From Camelus ferus (lineage: Eukaryota), in contig NC_045697.1 of the NCBI RefSeq assembly GCF_009834535.1, positions 3,722,001 to 3,786,000 of the forward strand: a DNA stretch of 64,000 nucleotides, in the 5' to 3' direction. Shown piece after piece: positions 25,946-39,089 of the stretch. The notes beneath the pieces were generated by a model, which did no database searches, had not been told where the DNA came from, and saw nothing but the letters and a program-made list of their open reading frames with translations. How positions within the stretch are numbered: position 1 is the first letter of the stretch; the number at the start of each line of letters is the position of its first letter. The position numbers and the translations under genes are program-made.

Positions 25946-26917
25946 GGGGGGAGAGACGATCAAAAAGACAACTGAGTAAAATGAATAGATTGCTAGAAGG
26001 TGCTGAGTGCTGACAAGTCCGCCCCACACAAGGAAGCAAGAAGACAAGGTCCACCTTTCCCAGCTCAGCGAAAACGAGGCTCAGCAGGGAGGACACGCCC
26101 AGGCCCAAGACCCAGAGGCAGGCCGCCCGCCACGTGGCACTGAGCTGGCCAGAGATGGCCCACGGCAGCTGCCAGCGGGCGGGCCAGGTCCCCAGAGGCC
26201 CTGCCGCAGGCTTCACTGCAGGCCCCGGAATCCGGATATGAATGAGGCTGGGCCCAGCTCCCAAGGCTACCAGCCTGGCAGAGCAAACACACATCACGCC
26301 CAGTGCTCCAGCCACCTGGGCTGTGTGGTCTTCGGCAGGGGGCCTGACCCTCTCTCTGAGCCTCAGTTCTCCCACATGTGAAATGGGGACAGTGGTGGGA
26401 CCTACTTTGTGTGACTGTTTGGGGGTCAAATGGGATGTGGCCATACCAAGTGCCCAGTCAAGAGTCACGGATGTTATGGTACACATTGGGGGGGGGGGCG
26501 TGGAAGGTTCTGGAACACTGAGAGGAGGGAATGGTAAGCATACCACCAGGACTCAGAGAAGCTCAGAGAGACTTCCCTGGGAAGGGGCACCCAGCTGGGC
26601 CTTGAAGGCAGAAGTTCACCCTCCAGGTAGATCGAGAAGGTAAGACAAAGGGACCTGCTGGGTGGGGGTCAGTGGGGCACAGCTGAGTGTGAGTGTGTGA
26701 AGACACTGACGGACAGGGAGGGACAGGGCAGGAGATGACACTGGGGCCCAGCACCCACAAGGCCGTGGTTGCCAGGCCTTGACCCTGATCTCATCCTCGC
26801 CTCCCAACTACCCCTGACAGTGTTCTCCACTCAGCAACCAGAAAGAAACCCAAAGTCAAACCTGTTCCACCCACCACAGGCGGTGCACAAGCCATGTCCT
26901 TACAAGATCTCACAACC

Positions 26918-27057
26918 GGGGGGAGGGTACAGCTCAGTGTGTGCTTAGCATGTACGAGGTCCTGGGTTCAATCCTCAGTACTTCCATTAAAATAATAAAT
27001 AAATAACCCTCTCCCCACAAAAAAAAAAAAAAAAGATACACCCTCCCCCCCAAGAAA
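26918..27057 (+). mobile_element. tRNA-Ala-derived SINE (Vic-1-like)
   Basis: GGGGGGAGGGTACAGCTCAGTG...CTTAGCATG...GGGTTCAATCC with A-rich tail; flanked by AAG-x4-CACAACC repeats. Confidence 0.85.
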
Positions 27058-30000
27058 AAGGCCCCACAACCTACACCATTCAGACCTCATCCTGTGAGCC
27101 CTTCTCTCCCATTTTCCCTCACACTGCCTCTGCTCCGGCTGCACTGGCTCCTCACTTCTTCCAGAAACACTGCTGACACACTCCTGCCTCAGGGCCTTTG
27201 TACCTGCTATGCCCTCTGCCAGGAATCCACTCCCATCGAAATTCCAGGGTTTGCTCCAGCCAGCTTCAGGATTTTGCTCAGTCAGTGATGATGTCACAGA
27301 TCTTCGAGCAGGGCCTTGAAGGATGAGCAGGGGGGTTGTCAAACGGAGGAAGGGAGGCCCTTCCAGGCAGAGGGGTCCTGCATGGCTGTAGGGTGCTGTG
27401 TGGGAGAGCAGGGCAGATGGACTCAAGGCCCAGGAGGGAGGTCTGTTAGAGCTGACACAGAGGAGAGAGGCGAGGAGGAGTAGGCACGCCTCAAAGGTAT
27501 GGAGGTCCAGTTGGGAGAGCCATCAGGGAGGGGAGCTCTGAGCCTGGCCTCACCCAGAACAGAGGGACAGAGGCAGCACCCACAGACACCCTCTCCATCT
27601 CGTATCACTCACCCTCCTTGCCTCACTGCATCCTCACAATGACCCAATGGTGGGGACGCAGTAAGCTCCATTTTACAGACCTGGAAACAGAGCCCAGCAG
27701 GGCCAAATGGCTCGCCCTGCCCCCCACTCAGTTATCCTATCTTGATTCGGCTGCCTCATTCCCTCGCTTTCCTTCACAGGTAAGTTGGTATCGTTGCCAA
27801 AAGGTCTGTATTTTGTTTTTAGATTTAAATACTGTCATTATCCACTCTATAAGCTTTTACACGTACCTTCCCTCTCAATGTCATATTGTCAACTAAGACC
27901 ATCCATTTTGTCGCACAGAGCTGAAGTTGCTCGTCCTGCCTGCTGCCTAACACTCCACAGGGCGGATATTCCGCGGTTGGCTCGTCCACTCTCCGGGCGA
28001 TGGGCCCTGGGGTGGCTCCCAGGCTCTGGAGGAAACAAAGCGCTCTGCTGCGCGGCTCCTGCGGCGCTGGCGGAACTGCGCCCCGAGGCATTGAATGCCC
28101 ACCTTCACGAGATCACGCAGAGCCTGTTTCCAAACGCGCGGGACCGCCTCGTACTCCCACATGCTACTGACAAGCCACCTGATTGGTCCATCCCTGCCAA
28201 TGACTTGGCAGTGAATAGTCATGTGATATTCAGCTGACCAATGAGATTGCGGAGAAGCCTGCCAGGGGATGTTGGGAAATTCTCTTACTCCCAGGAATGA
28301 CTCAGAGAGACAGCTGGTCTGCCTTTCTCATCTGGGCATTACTGTGTGCGGTTGTGATGTTCCAGCCACCTTGTGACCACCAGGACAGCCCAGCAGAGCA
28401 GAGAGATGGAAGGACCTGGGTCCTGGCGTCCGTCACAGAGCCCGGGAACTAACCACCCCTAGAGCTGCCTTGCCTTTGGGTTTCTGCTTGTTGCAAAGAA
28501 CTGAATTTCCTCGTTGTCTCAGTCACGGTGAGCTGGGTTTGCTGCTGCTCTCAGCTGCATGTGCCCCCACTGCCTTCCAGCCTGGTTGTCCAACGGTTCC
28601 ATGGTGACTCACCCTCCTTTTCAGCAAATTCTTTTTCTGCTTAAATTAGCCAGAGTTGATTTAAGTTACTTGCAGCTTAGAACCCCAATGTTACAGAACA
28701 GAATCTGAAAGCGGGTTTATCTGCCAACAAGCAGTGGTGTTGAGTCAGGAATGGGGGAGTGTGCTTAAAGATGGAGATGAAAGAAAGTGAAGTTCCAAGG
28801 GTTAACCACCCCGTCTCAGGTGGGAACCCAGAAGGTCACAGGGCAAAAACACAGATCCTTGAGGGACCTGAATGCCAAGCAGAAGAATGTTGACTTTATC
28901 CTTAAAGTAATGAGATTTTGACCAAAAGGATCACCTATTGGAATTTACATTTCAGGGAGTTTGCTTGGACATGGTGCTTAGGGGTCTTGGGGAGGGGGTT
29001 CTGACATCCTCTGAGCTCCTCCTGTGGGCCAGTCAGGTCCCCACACCATCTCAGCAAATCCGCACAGCTCCCCTCTGAGGGAGAGAGTAACCTCTTCTCC
29101 AGATGAGAGGCCTGGGGTGCAAATCAGAAAGTGACCTGCCCATGCCCCCCAGCTGGTCAGGGGCACAGCAGTAACTGACAGATCCCAAACCCAGAACTTT
29201 TCAACCACATCCTGCTGCCTCCTCATGCATTAGGAGAGAGTTTGCCCCCCCCCCCAGGTCTGATCCTGCCAGAATCATCTGTGCTGCTCCAGGATGGAGA
29301 AACCTCTACACTGATCAGTAAAATGTTTCTGTAACTCTTAAAACCCAGTGACCAGGTCACTAGTTTTAAGGCTGTCTCCTCTCACGGCTGCAAAAGGCTG
29401 ATAAGTGCCATTCCATCTTTTTATGCTACATTAATTTAAATAAAGCCTTTGCCAAATGACAATGCTTGTCTGTGTGTAATAAAGGAAGCCAAAGATATTT
29501 TAGAGTGTGACAGGAGCCATGAGGGAGAAGAGTCAAATTTTGTTGGGGTCTCAGAGCAACCAGGGGTTAGATCTTAGACCCTGGCTTGAGGGACAGAATC
29601 CAGAAACTGCTGCTTCTGCAGGTAGCTGCAGAGAGGTGAGCCTGCCAGGAAGGCCCAGGTTGAGTTTGCTGCGAGCCTTTTCCCGGCCTGAGCAGGGTGC
29701 CTGGGGCAGGGGAGCCGTGAGGCCTTTGTAGAGACCCAGGGACGTTGCTGAAGCAGCAGTTCCTGCCACCTCCGGGGGCCGGGTACTCTGCAGATAGGTG
29801 CTACTTGATTCTCTCTGTCACCCCCTAAGGTAAGTGCTGCCCTTACCATCCCCATTGTACAGGTGGGAAACTGAGGCCCAGGCTAACTGGGGGACTTGCT
29901 AAGCTCACACAGCCCATAGGGCCTGGACCTGAACCCAGGGCTCTCTGATTCTGAGCCCAGTCCACTCACCTGCCCCTCACTGCTGTGAGGATAGAGTGAT

Positions 30001-30527
30001 CAGGGAGGCTTCACAGAGGAGGCGGCATTTGCACTGAGACCTGAAGGGTGAGGAGGAGCCAGAGGGGTTTAGAGCAGGCAAAGGTTTTTCCCAGAAAGGG
30101 GAGAAGGATGGGCTAAGGCACAGAAGTGAGCAGCCAGTCGGGCAAAGCTGCGGGTTAAAATGGAGTCTCGGCAAACCACCCCCGCACCCCCTGCCCCACG
30201 AATCTCCCTTTGAAACTCATCTCAAGATGGGGAGCTGGAAAGAAGCCAAGTCCAAGAGGAGGGTTTGGGATTCACTTTCTCCCTGGAACAAAGATCTTAG
30301 GCCAAGATTTAAAAATTCTTTTCCTCTTGGAAAAACATCTCTGGTTTCAAGCCTGCATTTTTGGCAACCTCATTCCTGGAGCCTCTTGGCAGTCAGGAGA
30401 ACGATGCATTCAGATGGAAGGCACCCGGTGTCTTTGTCTTGAGGTAACTCAAGACACCACATTCCAGAGAGAAACACCGCCTGAGCTGGATCCTTACTGG
30501 GTGGTTCCCTCCGGAGTACGTGCTTCG

Positions 30528-30783
30528 TCACCAAAGGGGAAAGGCGGGGGAGGGATAAATTAAGAGTTAGGGATTAGCAGACAGAAACTACTATATACAA
30601 AATAGAGAGCCAACCAGGTCCTACTGTACAGCACAGGGAACCATACAATACCTTGTAGTAAACTATAATGGAAAAGAATCTGAAAAAGAATAGTATCTAT
30701 ATATCTATATAGAGATACCTGAATCACTTTGCTGTATGCCAGAAACTAACACATTATAAATCAACTACAGGTTGATAAAAATG
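30528..30783 (+). mobile_element. L1 3'UTR fragment (same family as 17295-17734)
   Basis: Shares GGGAGGGATAA, GGTCCTACTGTACAGCACAGGGAAC and AATCAACTA with the 17.3 kb copy. Confidence 0.85.
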
Positions 30784-33700
30784 ATTTATTATTTGTTTTA
30801 CACAAGAGCGCATGCTTGGAAGAGGACGGGGGCATCAGGCCCACTTCCTGCTCCACCTGCGGCCCCACCAAGGCTGCTCACATCACTGTCGGCTTGGAGC
30901 TGAAAAGCACTGGCCCCTTCACCTCCCAGAGGCCCGAGTCGGAGGGCATAGACGGTGGGCGTGGCCTCACATGCACCATGCTCTCCATGGCTCCTTAAAG
31001 ACAGGCTGGCTCTAGTCTCAGCTCACATCTGTCTTGAGGGACTTTTCTAAAAGCCCCAAGGGACCAGCACATGCCAAAATGCTGAACCTTTGCCCCCATG
31101 TCCCTCACACTATGACCCAGACAGCACGTGGTCTCCGTCCAGAGCACAGCAGAGGACCGTCAGATAAACTATTTCTCCCACACGTAGACTGCCTGGGTCA
31201 CCAGCTTTCCCTCCTGCGGTGAGTCTGCACTTAACATGTCCTCCCTCCCTTTTCCATTCAGCCAAGTCCATGGTTTTGGTTTTGTTACTTCCAGTGTCTG
31301 CTTCTCGGCACCAAAGTCAGCTTCAGTCAGGATTCCGTTCAGCTGCTCATAACAACAACTTCATTTTCACAGATCCCCAAGGTGGGACTGGACTGGGCTG
31401 GACGCTGACTGCCCCATGGACACCCACAGGCACTCAGAACCCTCCCTGGGAGGAGGACGGGCCCTTGGAAGGACACTGGTGGCCTGTGGACTTTCTACTT
31501 GCACCAGAGGGTTAGGTTTCAGGAACCACAGCCCTGACTGCGTAGGGCTATCACGTTCCAGACTCCTCATGAAGGAAGGAGGCAGCTGGCCTTCAATCCC
31601 CACCCCCTCGGGGAAGGCCTTCCAGGAAAGCCCACATTCAAGGATGCTCCAGGCTGCACTGGAAAAGCCCAACCCTTGTGACCCAGTACATCATCACTGT
31701 GAAGGGCCTCTTGGCTCTAGAGCCCTCCATCAGCCTGGGCGGGGCAGCCCCTGGACCTGAGCACAGCTGGGCTTCTCCTGCCAAATCTTGCTTCCCTCCC
31801 CTCCCTTTCCCAGGGCTTGGTTCCCAAGGGCACACCCTGATACACCCCCGGCACACTAAGCACCTCAGAGTCTGCTCCCCAGGAGGCCAGCCTGGGACAC
31901 TAGGGTGTATCATGTGCATCTCAGAGATGCAGAGGAAGTTCTCAGTTATGGCGCTGGAGCAACAGCTGAGTCCCGATAGCAGACTCAGGAGGGAGTGCAC
32001 AGGGGAACAGCACATCCCAGGGGCCAGAGCTGCAAAGCCCCTCCAGCATCCAGCAAGGACAAGTCCTGGGGCCAAGGGCACAGCCAGGCTGTGTGCAAGC
32101 CCACAGTGCAGCAGGGAAGAGGTGGGGTGGGCGGCAGGGCCTGACAATGCAGTCTTGTAGGCAGAACACGCATGTGTGCACATGCGCACCTGTGGCTGCT
32201 GCAGTGTCCCTCCAGACCTGGAGAATCGGGACAATCCTGTGTGTGGGCAGGAATGCGAGACACAGGCAGGCTCCCCAGGGAGGCGGTGCTGGGTGCAGCA
32301 TTTCAGGCATCAGGTGTCTGGACTGTCATGTAGTCTAGAGAGAGGCAACAAACCACCGCCCCCACCTGCCTGGACCACAGCCCCACCCCCACCCCCGCAG
32401 TGGGAGTCCCTGGGCAGCTGGGGGATGTCGGGAGCCTGTGAACCCTGCTACCATGTTATAAACGCCCAGCCTCCCCTTCTACCCCCCACCCCAATGCAGC
32501 TGCCGTGTCCTGAGTCCCGGAGCTTGTGCCCTGGGACCAAGAGCTGAGCTCAGGCAGCAGCCAAGGGTGATGGAGGACTTGCCTCAAGCTGGGGAAGAAG
32601 AGGAGTCATAATGGGGCTTTGGGGTCATTGTGGAGGCGAGGGGACCCTTAAGGGCACAGGGGGGCTGCAGTTGGAGGTCAGGACTGGGAATAAGAGGAGG
32701 ATGAGGCTGGTCTCCCCTGCGTTCTCCCTGGGATGTGCCCTCAGGGATAGCAAGGGCAGGAGGACTGCCTGGAGCAACAGGCCAGGAGCACTCGTTATGC
32801 ACTCCACTCCCCACACTCTCCAGCTATGCTCTTACCTCCTTTCCCTTGGAACGGGCTGCTTCCTCCACTGGAAGGCTCTAGAAGGCTCTCTCCCACCACT
32901 GTTTCTCAGATAACAAGCAGGCTAGCTAGCAGCAGTCCAGAGCTCATCAGGAAGTTCCAGAATTTGTTCAGGAGCCCAGACTCTTCCTGTCTTCTTACCC
33001 TAGGATTCTTAGTATTATCTCTCCTTATGGTCACAAGATGGCTGCCAGAACCCCAGGCATCATATTGCCATTCCAGGCAGGAAGAAAGAGAACAAACTAA
33101 GTACCAAAGATGTTTCAGAAGCCCCACCGAGGAACCTCTACTCACATCTCATGGCCAGCACTGTCACATGGCCACCCAAACTGCACAGAGCCCAGGGAGT
33201 CTGCATTTTATTCCAGCACAGGGCTGCTCCCACACAGAATCAGAGTTCTGCCTGATGTAAAGAGGGAAGGGAATATTGGGTAGGCAGCTCATCCTCTTCC
33301 AACTGCGTAGAGGGTGGGTGGGAAGGTTCAGAGCAGAGCCAGGAGCCCAGGGAAGGGGCTGGGCAGTGGTGCGAGAGACAGCTGAGAAGGCCAAGGGGCA
33401 TGAGGAGAGGACAGCAGGCCACCCAGCAAGGCCACCTCCCCCGGGTCCGTGGAAGGAGCAAGCTGGCAGGGTCTGAGCCAACGTGCAGGTGCCCCAAAGC
33501 CCGTGACCTTGCGAAGCTGATTACGTAGGGCCACCCTCATGCAGCCCCTGCCACGCCCCTCTGTCTTCCTCACCCCTCCATTAAACTAGCTTTTCCCTGA
33601 TGTCCTCAGCCTGGGTGCAGAGCCCAGGCCCGGAAGAGGGCTGGGCAGTGGGAAGGAGGGGCCCAGGGAGGCGGTGCTGGCCCTGAAGTTGGTGCTGGGA

Positions 33701-36536
33701 ACGTTCCTGTTTTAGAAATTCCCAAGTCAACTCCCTTCCTGCGTAGGCGGCGAGCAGCCCCGGACGGGAGAGCTGTGGGGGTGGGTGGTTTGGGTGGTTT
33801 GCTTAATATCCTCCTTTTCATTCTGCAGCATTTGCCAAAACCCCTGCCGCCGCCGAAGCTGCCTGGTTTGGGAGGTCTCCAGAGGCGCTCTCCCCAGTCC
33901 AGGTGGTACCCCGCGCCACCGGCGGGGCGGAGTGAGGGACGGCGGGGAGCAGCCTGGCTCAGGGCCCTGAGCCGGGTCTTCTCCCTCCAGATCCCTGTCC
34001 TGACCCCGCCACCACCTCCTGAGTCAACAGCAACAAGGTCCCTGCCTCAGTTTCCCTCCGCTGCCCCACCCAGCATCCCTTCCCTGGGAGATCCACCGCG
34101 GCCCCGCCCATCAGTGCCTTGTCTTTGCCACCTCAGAGTGCTCCAGCCCCTAAAGGACACACGTTCACACACACTTGCACACACGTGTGTGTGCAAATGC
34201 ACACATGCCCGTCAACACACTCTCTCACATGTGTGCACACTCAGGCTCACACACACCCCCTCTTCTCCACACGCCCCCGTGCCCAACACAGCCCATGCCC
34301 GCCCTGCCACGATGTCCTGGCCCTGACCCAGTGGCCCTGCTGCGGCCACACCACTCAGCCCATTTTCTCTCCCTTCTCACCACGACCGGCAGGGCAGGCC
34401 CGCCCCATGCCTTCTCCTGCCGAGCCGCCTTCCCTGGGCAGATGCCCGGCTCCCGGCCAGTGACTCCACAGACTCCCAGGCAATAGCTCTACCCCAGCAA
34501 CCCCAACACGGCCAGAACCCCCACGGGCCGCTGGGCCAGCAGCTGCCTGGCTGCCCCGTCTCTGATGGAAAGTTCTGGCTGTGTGTGGGGGTCCCACTGC
34601 CGTTCCCCCCATCTTCCACCCCCAGGTCCCTTCTCAGGTCAGAGTCAGAACTCCACCATCGCTCCCTCCCTGCCTGTGGCCCCAGGGTTCAGCCTCCTGC
34701 CTCTCCCTTCTAGGTGTCACGACCTTAGAGGCCTCCTTGGTTCTGGTCCAGCTGTGTGTCTTAAGGCAGGTCACTTAACCTCTCTGAGCCTCACTAGCCA
34801 CATCTAAGGACAGGAATACCGGACTCTTCTTTAGTCCTATGCTCAGCCTTGGCCCAGCCACTGCATGCAGGGGTACCGGGCACGCTGACCTGTCTGTTGG
34901 GGTCTTGTGCCCGCCCTGTGGCAGAAAAGTCACTGCCCCTCCGTTGACAGCCCCACTGGAGTCAAGCAGAAGCGTGGGGGAGTTCCCAAAACTCAGATGC
35001 TGGGCAGACAAAAAAGAAGCAGATGTAGCCTGTCTCCTTGGCGTGGGGGTTGTGAGGATCGAGGGGTCGGTGCCTCTGTGGGGCTCTCTACCTCTGGAAG
35101 GAGACAGCTCATCTACTTTTCTGAGAGAAAAGCCACCCCTGCCCCCAAATAAAGGCCCTGCCCAGGGCCCCAGGCTGGCTGCTGGCTTTTTAACTTAATC
35201 TCCAGAAGGGCTGGTTTCTGGACCTGGGTCTGGAAGGAGGCATATGCCAGATGGAGGGAAATGAGCCTGGACAGAACCTTGCTGGTCTGCAGAAGGTGCA
35301 GGCAGGGCCCTAAAGCAGGAGACACCCCATAAAAATCCCACTCAGCTGCATTACTGCCAAACTCTCACTTCCCCCAAACAGTCCTCTCACTCACACACGT
35401 GCACAGGCACACCCCCACCCCCGCACATACGCACATACTTCAAGGTGGCGTTTGCATCACCAGGTTCCAGCTGGGAGCACACTGGATGACCAGGGTGCTC
35501 CAGGGTATCCTTACTAAGGAGAATTCAACAGTCTCGTGTTGGCCTCGGGAGCCACGATCAGGGCTGGACCTTCGGTCCCCGTTACCTTGTCTGTGCACCC
35601 AGAGCCACCATACACATGGGGAGATGCCACACACGTGCATCTCCACCAAAGTCACATACTCTGTACACACACAGAGAAAGGTCACTCTGGCTCCTCCTCC
35701 CCCCCCCGCCTTTCTTTCTGGTCCACACACCTCGCAAAGTTGAAGCAAGGGCTTACCTTTGGAATCTCGCCCCCAGCTCGCAGGTGGAGGCCACGTGGAG
35801 ACCACAGACCTGGGGAGGGGAGGGAAGGCGGGGAGAACCCTGGGGGGTACAGGGCTTACAGGGGCGCGCAGGATAACATTCGCCTGGACAAGATTCTGGA
35901 ATCCCCCAGCCATAGCAAAGTTCACTGATAAAATGACGGGAGAACTGAGCTGTTGTCTTGGGCAATAATTGAAAGATGCAATCCAGCAGAAACCCATTTT
36001 CCTGCAAGTGTTTCCTATGAAGTTACCCAAGAAAGGAGTGCTTTGGATTTAAGGACATTCCCCCATCACCATGCTGAGTCTCCTGGGATTGTCAGCGCCT
36101 AGGGCCCATTTTCAGAGTCATTCACTTAACAAGTATTGATTGAAAGCTTGCTCTCTGCCCTAGGCCCTGTCCCGGGCACCGGTGACGACACAGCAATGAC
36201 CGGTCCTGCGGGGCTGACGTTTCAGAGGGAAACCGTGACGGACACGCCAGGGGAGGGGGGGGGCTACTGTTTCATCTGTTCTCTCAGCAACTTGCGGGGA
36301 GCTGCCGTGCCTCCCTTTACCGCGGCCCGCACACAGTAGGTTTCTTGGGTTCAATAAATGAATAAACAAACAAAATTGCCTGAGAGCTAGGGAAGCAATT
36401 TGCTGGGTAGGAATAAAGTAACCCAGACATAAGCCATCAGGAACCCAGCTGCAGCCTGGGGACAGCTGATCCTCCCCAGGCCGTGGGCGTGGTCCCCGAG
36501 TTTTACTCTCTCGCGCGGGCCTCTTTCTCTCCTTGG

Positions 36537-36690
36537 CAGGATTGCAGTTTTAACACATGAAAATATAGGACATTCAGTGAAATCTGAATGTCAGATTAAG
36601 CAACACATGATTTTGAGTAACAAGCATGCCCCATGCATTATGTGGGATATACTTATACTGCAAACTCCGCACTGTCGATCTGGAATTCTC
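36537..36690. mobile_element. Palindromic hAT MITE (MER53-like)
   Basis: AAAATATAGGACATTCAGTGAAATCTGAATGTCAGA...CCCATGCATTATGTGGGATATACTTATACT. Confidence 0.7.
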
Positions 36691-38061
36691 CCCCTCCATC
36701 AGCCTCAGAAAGTGGCACCACTGCCCATGCCAGCTTTTCCTCACTCCCCATCTGGGCCATCATAACCCTGAGACACAGCATCCCCAGACTGAGACCTCCT
36801 CCGTCCACTCCCCTCACTGCACTGCCACCCCCCAGCCAGGCCACCCAGCATTGCTTCTCCGAGGAGCAGGCACTGGAGGTGCCACGGAAGACAGCTCTGC
36901 AGAAAGTCCCAGCAGAGAGATGGCTGCCAGGGTCCCGACTCCCTGCCGGAAGTGTGGACGCAGAAAATTAAACAGTGACTTGATTCCTCCACGTTCCCTG
37001 CGTCTTCCTGGGTTGTAAAGCACTCTGGCCCACGCTGCTTTTATTTACGCCTCACCCAGGGAATTGTGCATAATAACTTCCATGTCAGAGGTAAGGATGG
37101 GCACGGCCGGTCCAGCCCGTGGGTGACCACAGGAAGGAAATGGAAGAGCTCTTCTGCTTGGGAGAGAAAGTTGGCAGAAGTCTGTATCTGCAAATTGAAG
37201 AACCAAAGTTAAAATATTATACCAAAAAAAATGAAAGGTTTCCTACAGAAACCTGTCTGGGTACCAAGCTTCAGCAGGGTGCTTGCAAAGGCAGCTATTT
37301 CTACTTCAATCCATCCTCAGAGTGAGTGTGCACACAGGGAAGATGAAAAGCATGCGGGGCCTCTGATACCCACAGCCGATTTTTGTGTTTTTGCCTTCTT
37401 TCTGTTCTCATCCGGCCTCTGCCGTCCAATCCCTCCCTGTGCTGTGAGGACGTCCAAGCCTCTCCTGCCCTCCTGCTTCTCTTCCTTCGCTCCGGGGGCC
37501 TGCTGGGCTGTCCTTCATGGGCTGGACCTGCCAATCCAAAATCTTGGCCCAAGACTGGCTCAAGCCCCGGCCTGGGAACCAAACTAGGTCTCATAAGTTC
37601 GGGCCCCCGGGGCAAGAGGAGTGGGGGAGCTCTCGCTTGCTCAGGGATCTGAGTTCAGAGGACCACAGAAGCCTGGATTTCGGACAGTCAGCTTTTCCAG
37701 CTGCCCAAACTGTAAAATGAAGCCAAGGGCCAGATGAAGGCAGACCCAGGAGACAGAGAGACTGAGACAGCCTCCCACCCCCAGGTTCAGCAGAGCCTGG
37801 AATCAGCCCAACACCTGGCCTTGCTAATTACATGAACCATCAACCCCCTCGGCTGAAGCCAGTGTCAGCTGGGTTTCTGTCACCTGCAAGTGCAGCCAAA
37901 AATATCTAAACTAGCCACGTGGGGGATTTTCTGAAAGCAGCTGGGTGAATTGGGTTCCGTAGACCTGAATTCTGGCACCAGCTTCGTGACTAACCAGGTG
38001 ATCTCACCCAAGGCATTGCATCCTCCCGTGACTTGGTTCCCCACCTATAAAATGCAGCTGA

Positions 38062-38154
38062 GGGGGTGGGGGTATGGCTTAGCGGTACGACACGCTTAGC
38101 ATGCGTGAGGTCCTGGGTTCCGTTCCCAGTACCTTCATTTAAAAAAAAAAAAAA
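38062..38154 (+). mobile_element. tRNA-Ala-derived SINE (Vic-1-like)
   Basis: GGGGGTATGGCTTAGCGGTA...CTTAGCATG...CCTGGGTTCCGTTCCCAGTACC followed by a poly-A tail. Confidence 0.8.
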
Positions 38155-38404
38155 GGACCTGATATTCATAGCAGCTTCTCAGCACCCGCGAGCAAGTGAT
38201 GGAGTAACAGATGTGAGAGGACTTTAGAAAGTCAAAGTGCCACTCAGAGGACCAGTTGGCATCTCCCACCCAGCAGCATCACCTGTGGATTTCTGCCTTC
38301 CCCTCCAGCCGTGGCTCCCTGAGAACGGGTGCCTCATCCTCCTCACCTCTTTATCCCCAGCACCTGGCGGCAGGCCTGGAAGGTGTGAAAAATCTGGGTG
38401 GGTG

Positions 38405-38931
38405 TACTGAACTGAAGGCGGGGACCAGGACAGATATTTGCACACCCATGTCCACAGCAGTGATGCTCACAATAGCTAGGAGGTGGAAGCAAGCCACGTG
38501 TCCCTGGATGGATGGATGGATGGATAAGCAAAATGTAGTCCATCCGCACAACAGAATAACACTCAGTCTTCAAAAGGAAATTCTGACACCTGCTACAACA
38601 TGCTGAACCTTGAGGACATTATGCTCAGGGAAATAAGTCACTCACCAAAGAACAAATCCTGTATGACTCCTCTTCAGTAAGTCCCCAGAGCAGTCAAATT
38701 TCTAGAGACAGAAAGCAGAATGGTGGGTGCCAGGGGCCGGGAGAAGGGGAACGGGAAGTTGTTTCATGGGGACAGAGTTCCCGTTTGGGAAGATGGAAAG
38801 GTTCTGGAGATGGATGGCGGTGATGGTTGTGCCATTAAGTGCCTCATGTGAATGTACTTAATACCACTGAACTGCACGTGTAGTGGCTGAGATGGTTTGA
38901 TGTTATGTGTATTCTACCGCAATTTAAAAAA
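38405..38931 (+). mobile_element. L1 3' end (L1MB-like)
   Basis: CAGATATTTGCACACCCATG...AAAAGGAAATTCTGACACCTGCTACAACATG...GTTCTGGAGATGGATGGCGGTGATGG...AATTTAAAAAA. Confidence 0.85.
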
Positions 38932-39089
38932 ACCTGGAAAGCAGGACTTGAAATACATCGAATGGGAGGCATTAAGTGACTTCAGCAGACGAAACAGGGA
39001 AGGCTGACACAACCTGTTTGCCATGAAAATCTTTCTTGGAATTGTTAACAGGAGTCACGGTTCCTTTTTTCCTTTCGGCCTTTGCAAAA

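Noticed and set aside
25830..26546. 238-aa minus-strand ORF
   Set aside because: Spans MIR, L2 and MER20 fragments; a chance open frame.
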